Translations under genes and position numbers: made by a program
DNA from: Auanema rhodensis
Lineage: Eukaryota > Animalia > Nematoda
NCBI GenBank assembly: GCA_964057225.1
Contig: OZ059900.1
Span: forward strand, 25,110,001-25,174,000
Length of the DNA: 64,000 nucleotides
Direction: 5' to 3'
The notes under the pieces: model-generated
The model's database searches: none
The model's input: only the letters and a program-made list of their open reading frames with translations
What the model was told of the DNA's origin: nothing
In this document: positions 12,176 through 26,100 of the stretch, one piece after another
How positions within the stretch are numbered: position 1 is the first letter of the stretch
Layout: each line of letters begins with the position of its first letter

Positions 12176-15100
12176 ATGAGTTTGAACACATGAAATCGTA
12201 AGTCAAAACCTTGTTTACAGCGAAATTTCCAAAAACTGGTTTTCCAGCATAATAAAATATTTCTCATGGGAAATACAGTGTTTTTGTATTTTTTTAGTGT
12301 TCAGCATGTAAAATGCGTCATTTTAGTATGTAAAACGCTGAAATTCGTTGCATTTGACGACTCATATGAACAAAAATCGATTTTATCAATATTAGCCATA
12401 AGGGGCGTGCCCTCAGAATATGCTAATTTCCTTAATTTTCTAACCCCTGTTTTTTTGTCGTGAAAGTGGAACCAGACGTTGTACGAACAATTTTGAGCTA
12501 GGTTTCATTGACATTGCATGAGTTTGAACACATGCAATCGTAAGTCAAAACCTTGTTTACAGCGAAATTTCCAAAAACTGGTTTTCCAGCATAATAAAAT
12601 ATTTCTCATGGGAAAAACTGTGTTTTTGTATTTTTTTAATGTTCAGCATGTAGAATGCTTCATTTTGATATGTAAAACGCTGAAATTCGTTGCATTTGAC
12701 GACTCATATGAACAAAAATCGATTTTATCAATATTAGCCATAAGGGGCGTGCCCTCAGAATATGCTAATTTCCTTAATTTTCTAACCCCTGTTTTTTTGT
12801 CGTGAAAGTGGAACTAGACGTTGTACGAACAATTTTGAGCTAGGTTTCATTGACATTGCATGAGTTTGAACACATGAAATCGTAAGTCAAAACCTTGTTT
12901 ACAGCGAAATTTCCAAAAACTGGTTTTCCAGCATAATAAAATATTTCTCATGGGAAATACAGTGTTTTTGTATTTTTTTAGTGTTCAGCATGTAAAATGC
13001 GTCATTTTAGTATGTAAAACGCTGAAATTCGTTGCATTTGACGACTCATATGAACAAAAATCGATTTTATCAATATTAGCCATAAGGGGCGTGCCCTCAG
13101 AATATGCTAATTTCCTTAATTTTCTAACCCCTGTTTTTTTGTCGTGAAAGTGGAACTAGACGTTGTACGAACAATTTTGAGCTAGGTTTCATTGACATTG
13201 CATGAGTTTGAACACATGCAATCGTAAGTCAAAACCTTGTTTACAGCGAAATTTCCAAAAACTGGTTTTCCAGCATAATAAAATATTTCTCATGGGAAAA
13301 ACTGTGTTTTTGTATTTTTTTAATGTTCAGCATGTAGAATGCTTCATTTTGATATGTAAAACGCTGAAATTCGTTGCATTTGACGACTCATATGAACAAA
13401 AATCGATTTTATCAATATTAGCCATAAGGGGCGTGCCCTCAGAATATGCTAATTTCCTTAATTTTCTAACCCCTGTTTTTTTGTCGTGAAAGTGGAACTA
13501 GACGTTGTACGAACAATTTTGAGCTAGGTTTCATTGACATTGCATGAGTTTGAACACATGAAATCGTAAGTCAAAACCTTGTTTACAGCGAAATTTCCAA
13601 AAACTGGTTTTCCAGCATAATAAAATATTTCTCATGGGAAATACAGTGTTTTTGTATTTTTTTAGTGTTCAGCATGTAAAATGCGTCATTTTAGTATGTA
13701 AAACGCTGAAATTCGTTGCATTTGACGACTCATATGAACAAAAATCGATTTAATCAATATTAGCCATAAGGGGCGTGCCCTCAGAATATGCTAATTTCCT
13801 TAATTTTCTAACCCCTGTTTTTTTGTCGTGAAAGTGGAACTAGACGTTGTACGAACAATTTTGAGCTAGGTTTCATTGACATTGCATGAGTTTGAAAAAA
13901 TGAAATCGTAAGTCAAAACCTTGTTTACAGCGAAATTTCCAAAAACTGGTTTTCCAGCATAATAAAATATTTCTCAAGGGAAAAACTGTGTTTTTATATT
14001 TTTCTAGTGTTCAGCATGTAAAATGCTTCATTTTAGTATGTAACACGCTGAAATTCCTTGCATTTGACGACTCATATGAACAAAAATCGATTTAATCAAT
14101 ATTAACCATAAGGGGCGTGCCCTCAGAATATGCTAATTTCCTTAATTTTCTAACCCCTGTTTTTTTGTCGTGAAAGTGGAACTAGACGTTGTACGAACAA
14201 TTTTGAGCTAGGTTTCATTGACATTGCATGAGTTTGAACACATGAAATCGTAAGTCAAAACCTTGTTTACAGCGAAATTTCCAAAAACTGGTTTTCCAGC
14301 ATAATACAATATTTCTCATGGGAAATACTGTGTTTTTATATTTTTCTAGTGTTCAGCATGTAAAATGCTTCATTTTAGTATGTAACACGCTGAAATTCGT
14401 TGCATTTGACGACTCATATGAACAAAAATCGATTTTATCAATATTAGCCATAAGGGGCGTGCCCTCAGAATATGCTAATTTCCTTAATTTTCTAACCCCT
14501 GTTTTTTTGTCGTGAAAGTGGAACTAGACGTTGTACAAACAATTTTGAGCTAGGTTTCATTGACATCGCATGAGTTTGAACACATGAAATCGTAAGTCAA
14601 AACCTTGTTTACAGCGAAATTTCCAAAAACTGGTTTTCCAGCATAATACAATATTTCTCATGGGAAATACTGTGTTTTTATATTTTTCTAGTGTTCAGCA
14701 TGTAAAATGCTTCATTTTAGTATGTAAAACGCTGAAGTTCGTTGCATTTGACGACTCATATGAACAAAAATCGATTTTATCAATATTAGCCATAAGGGGC
14801 GTGCCCTCAGAATATGCTAATTTCCTTAATTTTCTAACCCCTGTTTTTTTGTCGTGAAAGTGGAACTAGACGTTGTACAAACAATTTTGAGCTAGGTTTC
14901 ATTGACATCGCATGAGTTTGAACACATGAAATCGTAAGTCAAAACCTTGTTTACAGCGAAATTTCCAAAAACTGGTTTTCCAGCATAATACAATATTTCT
15001 CATGGGAAATACTGTGTTTTTATATTTTTCTAGTGTTCAGCATGTAAAATGCTTCATTTTAGTATGTAACACGCTGAAATTCGTTGCATTTGACGACTCA

Positions 15101-18100
15101 TATGAACAAAAATCGATTTAATCAATATTAGCCATAAGGGGCGTGCCCTCAGAATATGCTAATTTCCTTAATTTTCTAACCCCTGTTTTTTTGTCGTGAA
15201 AGTGGAACTAGACGTTGTACGAACAATTTTGAGCTAGGTTTCATTGACATTGCATGAGTTTGAACACATGAAATCGTAAGTCAAAACCTTGTTTACAGCG
15301 AAATTTCCAAAAACTGGTTTTCCAGCATAATAAAATATTTCTCATGGGAAATACAGTGTTTTTGTATTTTTTTAGTGTTCAGCATGTAAAATGCGTCATT
15401 TTAGTATGTAAAACGCTGAAATTCGTTGCATTTGACGACTCATATGAACAAAAATCGATTTAATCAATATTAGCCATAAGGGGCGTGCCCTCAGAATATG
15501 CTAATTTCCTTAATTTTCTAACCCCTGTTTTTTTGTCGTGAAAGTGGAACTAGACGTTGTACGAACAATTTTGAGCTAGGTTTCATTGACATTGCATGAG
15601 TTTGAAAAAATGAAATCGTAAGTCAAAACCTTGTTTACAGCGAAATTTCCAAAAACTGGTTTTCCAGCATAATAAAATATTTCTCAAGGGAAAAACTGTG
15701 TTTTTATATTTTTCTAGTGTTCAGCATGTAAAATGCTTCATTTTAGTATGTAACACGCTGAAATTCCTTGCATTTGACGACTCATATGAACAAAAATCGA
15801 TTTAATCAATATTAACCATAAGGGGCGTGCCCTCAGAATATGCTAATTTCCTTAATTTTCTAACCCCTGTTTTTTTGTCGTGAAAGTGGAACTAGACGTT
15901 GTACGAACAATTTTGAGCTAGGTTTCATTGACATTGCATGAGTTTGAACACATGAAATCGTAAGTCAAAACCTTGTTTACAGCGAAATTTCCAAAAACTG
16001 GTTTTCCAGCATAATACAATATTTCTCATGGGAAATACTGTGTTTTTATATTTTTCTAGTGTTCAGCATGTAAAATGCTTCATTTTAGTATGTAACACGC
16101 TGAAATTCGTTGCATTTGACGACTCATATGAACAAAAATCGATTTTATCAATATTAGCCATAAGGGGCGTGCCCTCAGAATATGCTAATTTCCTTAATTT
16201 TCTAACCCCTGTTTTTTTGTCGTGAAAGTGGAACTAGACGTTGTACAAACAATTTTGAGCTAGGTTTCATTGACATCGCATGAGTTTGAACACATGAAAT
16301 CGTAAGTCAAAACCTTGTTTACAGCGAAATTTCCAAAAACTGGTTTTCCAGCATAATACAATATTTCTCATGGGAAATACTGTGTTTTTATATTTTTCTA
16401 GTGTTCAGCATGTAAAATGCTTCATTTTAGTATGTAAAACGCTGAAGTTCGTTGCATTTGACGACTCATATGAACAAAAATCGATTTAATCAATATTAGC
16501 CATAAGGGGCGTGCCCTCAGAATATGCTAATTTCCTTAATTTTCTAACCCCTGTTTTTTTGTCGTGAAAGTGGAACTAGACGTTGTACAAACAATTTTGA
16601 GCTAGGTTTCATTGACATCGCATGAGTTTGAACACATGAAATCGTAAGTCAAAACCTTGTTTACAGCGAAATTTCCAAAAACTGGTTTTCCAGCATAATA
16701 CAATATTTCTCATGGGAAATACTGTGTTTTTATATTTTTCTAGTGTTCAGCATGTAAAATGCTTCATTTTAGTATGTAACACGCTGAAATTCGTTGCATT
16801 TGACGACTCATATGAACAAAAATCGATTTAATCAATATTAGCCATAAGGGGCGTGCCCTCAGAATATGCTAATTTCCTTAATTTTCTAACCCCTGTTTTT
16901 TTGTCGTGAAAGTGGAACTAGACGTTGTACGAACAATTTTGAGCTAGGTTTCATTGACATTGCATGAGTTTGAACACATGAAATCGTAAGTCAAAACCTT
17001 GTTTACAGCGAAATTTCCAAAAACTGGTTTTCCAGCATAATAAAATATTTCTCATGGGAAATACAGTGTTTTTGTATTTTTTTAGTGTTCAGCATGTAAA
17101 ATGCGTCATTTTAGTATGTAAAACGCTGAAATTCGTTGCATTTGACGACTCATATGAACAAAAATCGATTTTATCAATATTAGCCATAAGGGGCGTGCCC
17201 TCAGAATATGCTAATTTCCTTAATTTTCTAACCCCTGTTTTTTTGTCGTGAAAGTGGAACTAGACGTTGTACAAACAATTTTGAGCTAGGTTTCATTGAC
17301 ATTGCATGAGTTTGAACACATGCAATCGTAAGTCAAAACCTTGTTTACAGCGAAATTTCCAAAAACTGGTTTTCCAGCATAATAAAATATTTCTCATGGG
17401 AAAAACTGTGTTTTTGTACTTTTTTAATGTTCAGCATGTAGAATGCTTCATTTTGATATGTAAAACGCTGAAATTCGTTGCATTTGACGACTCATATGAA
17501 CAAAAATCGATTTTATCAATATTAGCCATAAGGGGCGTGCCCTCAGAATATGCTAATTTCCTTAATTTTCTAACCCCTGTTTTTTTGTCGTGAAAGTGGA
17601 ACTAGACGTTGTACGAACAATTTTGAGCTAGGTTTCATTGACATTGCATGAGTTTGAACACATGAAATCGTAAGTCAAAACCTTGTTTACAGCGAAATTT
17701 CCAAAAACTGGTTTTCCAGCATAATAAAATATTTCTCAAGGGAAAAACTGTGTTTTTATATTTTTCTAGTGTTCAGCATGTAAAATGCTTCATTTTAGTA
17801 TGTAACACGCTGAAATTCCTTGCATTTGACGACTCATATGAACAAAAATCGATTTAATCAATATTAACCATAAGGGGCGTGCCCTCAGAATATGCTAATT
17901 TCCTTAATTTTCTAACCCCTGTTTTTTTGTCGTGAAAGTGGAACTAGACGTTGTACGAACAATTTTGAGCTAGGTTTCATTGACATTGCATGAGTTTGAA
18001 CACATGAAATCGTAAGTCAAAACCTTGTTTACAGCGAAATTTCCAAAAACTGGTTTTCCAGCATAATACAATATTTCTCATGGGAAATACTGTGTTTTTA

Positions 18101-21100
18101 TATTTTTCTAGTGTTCAGCATGTAAAATGTTTCATTTTAGTATGTAACACGCTGAAATTCGTTGCATTTGACGACTCATATGAACAAAAATCGATTTTAT
18201 CAATATTAGCCATAAGGGGCGTGCCCTCAGAATATGCTAATTTCCTTAATTTTCTAACCCCTGTTTTTTTGTCGTGAAAGTGGAACTAGACGTTGTACGA
18301 ACAGTTTTGAGCTAGGTTTCATTGACATTGCATGAGTTTGAACACATGAAATCGTAAGTCAAAACCTTGTTTACAGCGAAATTTCCAAAAACTGGTTTTC
18401 CAGCATAATAAAATATTTCTCATGGGAAATACTGTGTTTTTGTAATTTTCTAGTGTTCAGCATGTAAAATGCTTCATTTTAGTTTGTAACACGCTGAAAT
18501 TCGTTGCATTTGACGACTCATATGAACAAAAATCGATTTAATCAATATTAGCCATAAGGGGCGTGCCCTCAGAATATGCTAATTTCCTTAATTTTCTAAC
18601 CCCTGTTTTTTTGTCGTGAAAGTGGAACTAGACGTTGTACGAACAATTTTGAGCTAGGTTTCATTGACATTGCATGAGTTTGAACACATGAAATCGTAAG
18701 TCAAAACCTTGTTTACAGCGAAATTTCCAAAAACTGGTTTTCCAGCATAATACAATATTTCTCATGGGAAATACTGTGTTTTTATATTTTTCTAGTGTTC
18801 AGCATGTAAAATGCTTCATTTTAGTATGTAAAACGCTGAAATTCGTTGCATTTGACGACTCATATGAACAAAAATCGATTTTATCAATATTAGCCATAAG
18901 GGGCGTGCCCTCAGAATATGCTAATTTCCTTAATTTTCTAACCCCTGTTTTTTTGTCGTGAAAGTGGAACTAGACGTTGTACAAACAATTTTGAGCTAGG
19001 TTTCATTGACATCGCATGAGTTTGAACACATGAAATCGTAAGTCAAAACCTTGTTTACAGCGAAATTTCCAAAAACTGGTTTTCCAGCATAATACAATAT
19101 TTCTCATGGGAAATACTGTGTTTTTATATTTTTCTAGTGTTCAGCATGTAAAATGCTTCATTTTAGTATGTAACACGCTGAAATTCGTTGCATTTGACGA
19201 CTCATATGAACAAAAATCGATTTAATCAATATTAGCCATAAGGGGCGTGCCCTCAGAATATGCTAATTTCCTTAATTTTCTAACCCCTGTTTTTTTGTCG
19301 TGAAAGTGGAACTAGACGTTGTACGAACAATTTTGAGCTAGGTTTCATTGACATTGCATGAGTTTGAACACATGAAATCGTAAGTCAAAACTTTGTTTAC
19401 AGCGAAATTTCCAAAAACTGGTTTTCCAGCATAATAAAATATTTCTCATGGGAAATACAGTGTTTTTGTATTTTTTTAGTGTTCAGCATGTAAAATGCGT
19501 CATTTTAGTATGTAAAACGCTGAAATTCGTTGCATTTGACGACTCATATGAACAAAAATCGATTTTATCAATATTAGCCATAAGGGGCGTGCCCTCAGAA
19601 TATGCTAATTTCCTTAATTTTCTAACCCCTGTTTTTTTGTCGTGAAAGTGGAACTAGACGTTGTACGAACAATTTTGAGCTAGGTTTCATTGACATTGCA
19701 TGAGTTTGAACACATGAAATCGTAAGTCAAAACCTTGTTTACAGCGAAATTTCCAAAAACTGGTTTTCCAGCATAATAAAATATTTCTCATGGGAAATAC
19801 AGTGTTTTTGTATTTTTTTAGTGTTCAGCATGTAAAATGCGTCATTTTAGTATGTAAAACGCTGAAATTCGTTGCATTTGACGACTCATATGAACAAAAA
19901 TCGATTTTATCAATATTAGCCATAAGGGGCGTGCCCTCAGAATATGCTAATTTCCTTAATTTTCTAACCCCTGTTTTTTTGTCGTGAAAGTGGAACTAGA
20001 CGTTGTACGAACAATTTTGAGCTAGGTTTCATTGACATTGCATGAGTTTGAAAAAATGAAATCGTAAGTCAAAACCTTGTTTACAGCGAAATTTCCAAAA
20101 ACTGGTTTTCCAGCATAATAAAATATTTCTCAAGGGAAAAACTGTGTTTTTATATTTTTCTAGTGTTCAGCATGTAAAATGCTTCATTTTAGTATGTAAC
20201 ACGCTGAAATTCCTTGCATTTGACGACTCATATGAACAAAAATCGATTTAATCAATATTAACCATAAGGGGCGTGCCCTCAGAATATGCTAATTTCCTTA
20301 ATTTTCTAACCCCTGTTTTTTTGTCGTGAAAGTGGAACTAGACGTTGTACAAACAATTTTGAGCTAGGTTTCATTGACATCGCATGAGTTTGAACACATG
20401 AAATCGTAAGTCAAAACCTTGTTTACAGCGAAATTTCCAAAAACTGGTTTTCCAGCATAATACAATATTTCTCATGGGAAATACTGTGTTTTTATATTTT
20501 TCTAGTGTTCAGCATGTAAAATGCTTCATTTTAGTATGTAACACGCTGAAATTCGTTGCATTTGACGACTCATATGAACAAAAATCGATTTAATCAATAT
20601 TAGCCATAAGGGGCGTGCCCTCAGAATATGCTAATTTCCTTAATTTTCTAACCCCTGTTTTTTTGTCGTGAAAGTGGAACTAGACGTTGTACGAACAATT
20701 TTGAGCTAGGTTTCATTGACATTGCATGAGTTTGAACACATGAAATCGTAAGTCAAAACCTTGTTTACAGCGAAATTTCCAAAAACTGGTTTTCCAGCAT
20801 AATAAAATATTTCTCATGGGAAATACAGTGTTTTTGTATTTTTTTAGTGTTCAGCATGTAAAATGCGTCATTTTAGTATGTAAAACGCTGAAATTCGTTG
20901 CATTTGACGACTCATATGAACAAAAATCGATTTTATCAATATTAGCCATAAGGGGCGTGCCCTCAGAATATGCTAATTTCCTTAATTTTCTAACCCCTGT
21001 TTTTTTGTCGTGAAAGTGGAACTAGACGTTGTACAAACAATTTTGAGCTAGGTTTCATTGACATTGCATGAGTTTGAACACATGCAATCGTAAGTCAAAA

Positions 21101-23119
21101 CCTTGTTTACAGCGAAATTTCCAAAAACTGGTTTTCCAGCATAATAAAATATTTCTCATGGGAAAAACTGTGTTTTTGTATTTTTTTAATGTTCAGCATG
21201 TAGAATGCTTCATTTTGATATGTAAAACGCTGAAATTCGTTGCATTTGACGACTCATATGAAGAAAAATCGATTTTATCAATATTAGCCATAAGGGGCGT
21301 GCCCTCAGAATATGCTAATTTCCTTAATTTTCTAACCCCTGTTTTTTTGTCGTGAAAGTGGAACTAGACGTTGTACGAACAATTTTGAGCTAGGTTTCAT
21401 TGACATTGCATGAGTTTGAACACATGAAATCGTAAGTCAAAACCTTGTTTACAGCGAAATTTCCAAAAACTGGTTTTCCAGCATAATAAAATATTTCTCA
21501 TGGGAAAAACTGTGTTTTTGTATTTTTTTAATGTTCAGCATGTAGAATGCTTCATTTTGATATGTAAAACGCTGAAATTCGTTGCATTTGACGACTCATA
21601 TGAACAAAAATCGATTTTATCAATATTAGCCATAAGGGGCGTGCCCTCAGAATATGCTAATTTCCTTAATTTTCTAACCCCTGTTTTTTTGTCGTGAAAG
21701 TGGAACTAGACGTTGTACGAACAATTTTGAGCTAGGTTTCATTGACATTGCATGAGTTTGAACACATGAAATCGTAAGTCAAAACCTTGTTTACAGCGAA
21801 ATTTCCAAAAACTGGTTTTCCAGCATAATAAAATATTTCTCATGGGAAATACAGTGTTTTTGTATTTTTTTAGTGTTCAGCATGTAAAATGCGTCATTTT
21901 AGTATGTAAAACGCTGAAATTCGTTGCATTTGACGACTCATATGAACAAAAATCGATTTTATCAATATTAGCCATAAGGGGCGTGCCCTCAGAATATGCT
22001 AATTTCCTTAATTTTCTAACCCCTGTTTTTTTGTCGTGAAAGTGGAACTAGACGTTGTACGAACAATTTTGAGCTAGGTTTCATTGACATTGCATGAGTT
22101 TGAAAAAATGAAATCGTAAGTCAAAACCTTGTTTACAGCGAAATTTCCAAAAACTGGTTTTCCAGCATAATAAAATATTTCTCAAGGGAAAAACTGTGTT
22201 TTTATATTTTTCTAGTGTTCAGCATGTAAAATGCTTCATTTTAGTATGTAACACGCTGAAATTCCTTGCATTTGACGACTCATATGAACAAAAATCGATT
22301 TAATCAATATTAACCATAAGGGGCGTGCCCTCAGAATATGCTAATTTCCTTAATTTTCTAACCCCTGTTTTTTTGTCGTGAAAGTGGAACTAGACGTTGT
22401 ACGAACAATTTTGAGCTAGGTTTCATTGACATTGCATGAGTTTGAACACATGAAATCGTAAGTCAAAACCTTGTTTACAGCGAAATTTCCAAAAACTGGT
22501 TTTCCAGCATAATACAATATTTCTCATGGGAAATACTGTGTTTTTATATTTTTCTAGTGTTCAGCATGTAAAATGCTTCATTTTAGTATGTAACACGCTG
22601 AAATTCGTTGCATTTGACGACTCATATGAACAAAAATCGATTTTATCAATATTAGCCATAAGGGGCGTGCCCTCAGAATATGCTAATTTCCTTAATTTTC
22701 TAACCCCTGTTTTTTTGTCGTGAAAGTGGAACTAGACGTTGTACGAACAGTTTTGAGCTAGGTTTCATTGACATTGCATGAGTTTGAACACATGAAATCG
22801 TAAGTCAAAACCTTGTTTACAGCGAAATTTCCAAAAAATGGTTTTCCAGCATAATAAAATATTTCTCATGGGAAATACTGTGTTTTTGTATTTTTCTAGT
22901 GTTCAGCACGTAAAATGCTTCATTTTAGTTAGTAACACGCTGAAATTCGTTGCATTTGACGACTCATATGAACAAAAATCGATTTAATCAATATTAGCCA
23001 TAAGGGGCGTGCCCTCAGAATATGCTAATTTCCTTAATTTTCTAACCCCTGTTTTTTTGTCGTGAAAGTGGAACTAGACGTTGTACGAACAATTTTGAGC
23101 TAGGTTTCATTGACATTGC
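12176..23119. repeat. Domain 2: irregular monomer order with private variants and local dimer and pentamer duplications
   Basis: Variants found only here include taatgttc/ttgata (12518, 13202, 17306, 21068, 21410), gaaaaaatg with attaacc (13886, 15596, 20042, 22094) and gctgaagtt (14570, 16280). Confidence 0.8.
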
Positions 23120-26100
23120 ATGAGTTTGAACACATGAAATCGTAAGTCAAAACCTTGTTTACAGCGAAATTTCCAAAAACTGGTTTTCCAGCATAATAAA
23201 ATATTTCTCATGGGAAATACAGTGTTTTTGTATTTTTTTAGTGTTCAGCATGTAAAATGCGTCATTTTAGTATGTAAAACGCTGAAATTCGTTGCATTTG
23301 ACGACTCATATGAACAAAAATCGATTTTATCAATATTAGCCATAAGGGGCGTGCCCTCAGAATATGCTAATTTCCTTAATATTCTAACCCCTGTTTTTTT
23401 GTCGTGAAAGTGGAACTAGACGTTGTACGAACAATTTTGAGCTAGGTTTCATTGACATTGCATGAGTTTGAACACATGAAATCGTAAGTCAAAACCTTGT
23501 TTACAGCGAAATTTCCAAAAACTGGTTTTCCAGCATAATAAAATATTTCTCAAGGGAAAAACTGTGTTTTTATATTTTTCTAGTGTTCAGCATGTAAAAT
23601 GCTTCATTTTAGTATGTAACACGGTGAAATTCCTTGCATTTGACGACTCATATGAACAAAAATCGATTTAATCAATATTAGCCATAAGGGGCGTGCCCTC
23701 AGAATATGCTAATTTCCTTAATTTTCTAACCCCTGTTTTTTTGTCGTGAAAGTGGAACTAGACGTTGTACGAACAATTTTGAGCTAGGTTTCATTGACAT
23801 TGCATGAGTTTGAACACATGAAATCGTAAGTCAAAACCTTGTTTACAGCGAAATTTCCAAAAACTGGTTTTCCAGCATAATACAATATTTCTCATGGGAA
23901 ATACTGTGTTTTTGTATTTTTCTAGTGTTCAGAATGTAGAATGCTTCATTTTAGTACGTAACACGCTGAAATTCGTTGCATTTGACGACTCATATGAACA
24001 AAAATCGATTTAATCAATATTAGCCATAAGGGGCGTGCCCTCAGAATATGCTAATTTCCTTAATTTTCTAACCCCTGTTTTTTTGTCGTGAAAGTGGAAC
24101 TAGACGTTGTACGAACAATTTTGAGCTAGGTTTCATTGACATTGCATGAGTTTGAACACATGAAATCGTAAGTCAAAACCTTGTTTACAGCGAAATTTCC
24201 AAAAACTGGTTTTCCAGCATAATAAAATATTTCTCATGGGAAATACTGTGTTTTTGTATTTTTCTAGTGTTCAGCATGTAAAATGCTTCATTTTAGTATG
24301 TAACACGCTGAAATTCGTTGCATTTGACGACTCATATGAACAAAAATCGATTTAATCAATATTAGCCATAAGGGGCGTGCCCTCAGAATATGCTAATTTC
24401 CTTAATTTTCTAACCCCTGTTTTTTTGTCGTGAAAGTGGAACTAGACGTTGTACGAACAATTTTGAGCTAGGTTTCATTGACATTGCATGAGTTTGAACA
24501 CATGAAATCGTAAGTCAAAACCTTGTTTACAGCGAAATTTCCAAAAACTGGTTTTCCAGCATAATAAAATATTTCTCATGGGAAATACTGTGTTTTTGTA
24601 TTTTTCTAGTGTTCAGCATGTAAAATGCTTCATTTTAGTATGTAACACGCTGAAATTCGTTGCATTTGACGACTCATATGAACAAAAATCGATTTAATCA
24701 ATATTAGCCATAAGGGGCGTGCCCTCAGAATATGCTAATTTCCTTAATTTTCTAACCCCTGTTTTTTTGTCGTGAAAGTGGAACTAGACGTTGTACGAAC
24801 AATTTTGAGCTAGGTTTCATTGACATTGCATGAGTTTGAACACATGAAATCGTAAGTCAAAACCTTGTTTACAGCGAAATTTCCAAAAACTGGTTTTCCA
24901 GCATAATACAATATTTCTCATGGGAAAAACTGTGTTTTTGTATTTTTCTAGTGTTCAGAATGTAGAATGCTTCATTTTAGTACGTAACACGCTGAAATTC
25001 GTTGCATTTGACGACTCATATGAACAAAAATCGATTTAATCAATATTAGCCATAAGGGGCGTGCCCTCAGAATATGCTAATTTCCTTAATTTTCAAACCC
25101 CTGTTTTTTTGTCGTGAAAGTGGAACTAGACGTTGTACGAACAATTTTGAGCTAGGTTTCATTGACATTGCATGAGTTTGAACACATGAAATCGTAAGTC
25201 AAAACCTTGTTTACAGCGAAATTTCCAAAAACTGGTTTTCCAGCATAATAAAATATTTCTCATGGGAAATACTGTGTTTTTGTATTTTTCTAGTGTTCAG
25301 CATGTAAAATGCTTCATTTTAGTATGTAACACGCTGAAATTCGTTGCATTTGACGACTCATATGAACAAAAATCGATTTAATCAATATTAGCCATAAGGG
25401 GCGTGCCCTCAGAATATGCTAATTTCCTTAATTTTCTAACCCCTGTTTTTTTGTCGTGAAAGTGGAACTAGACGTTGTACGAACAATTCTGAGCTAGGTT
25501 TCATTGACATTGCATGAGTTTGAACACATGAAATCGTAAGTCAAAACCTTGTTTACAGCGAAATTTCCAAAAACTGGTTTTCCAGCATAATAAAATATTT
25601 CTCATGAGAAATACAGTGTTTTTGTATTTTTTTAGTGTTCAGCATGTAAAATGCGTCATTTTAGTATGTAAAACGCTGAAATTCGTTGCATTTGACGACT
25701 CATATGAACAAAAATCGATTTTATCAATATTAGCCATAAGGGGCGTGCCCTCAGAATATGCTAATTTCCTTAATTTTCTAACCCCTGTTTTTTTGTCGTG
25801 AAAGTGGAACTAGACGTTGTACGAACAATTTTGAGCTAGGTTTCATTGACATTGCATGAGTTTGAACACATGAAATCGTAAGTCAAAACCTTGTTTACAG
25901 CGAAATTTCCAAAAACTGGTTTTCCAGCATAATACAATATTTCTCATGGGAAATACTGTGTTTTTGTATTTTTCTAGTGTTCAGAATGTAGAATGCTTCA
26001 TTTTAGTACGTAACACGCTGAAATTCGTTGCATTTGACGACTCATATGAACAAAAATCGATTTAATCAATATTAGCCATAAGGGGCGTGCCCTCAGAATA

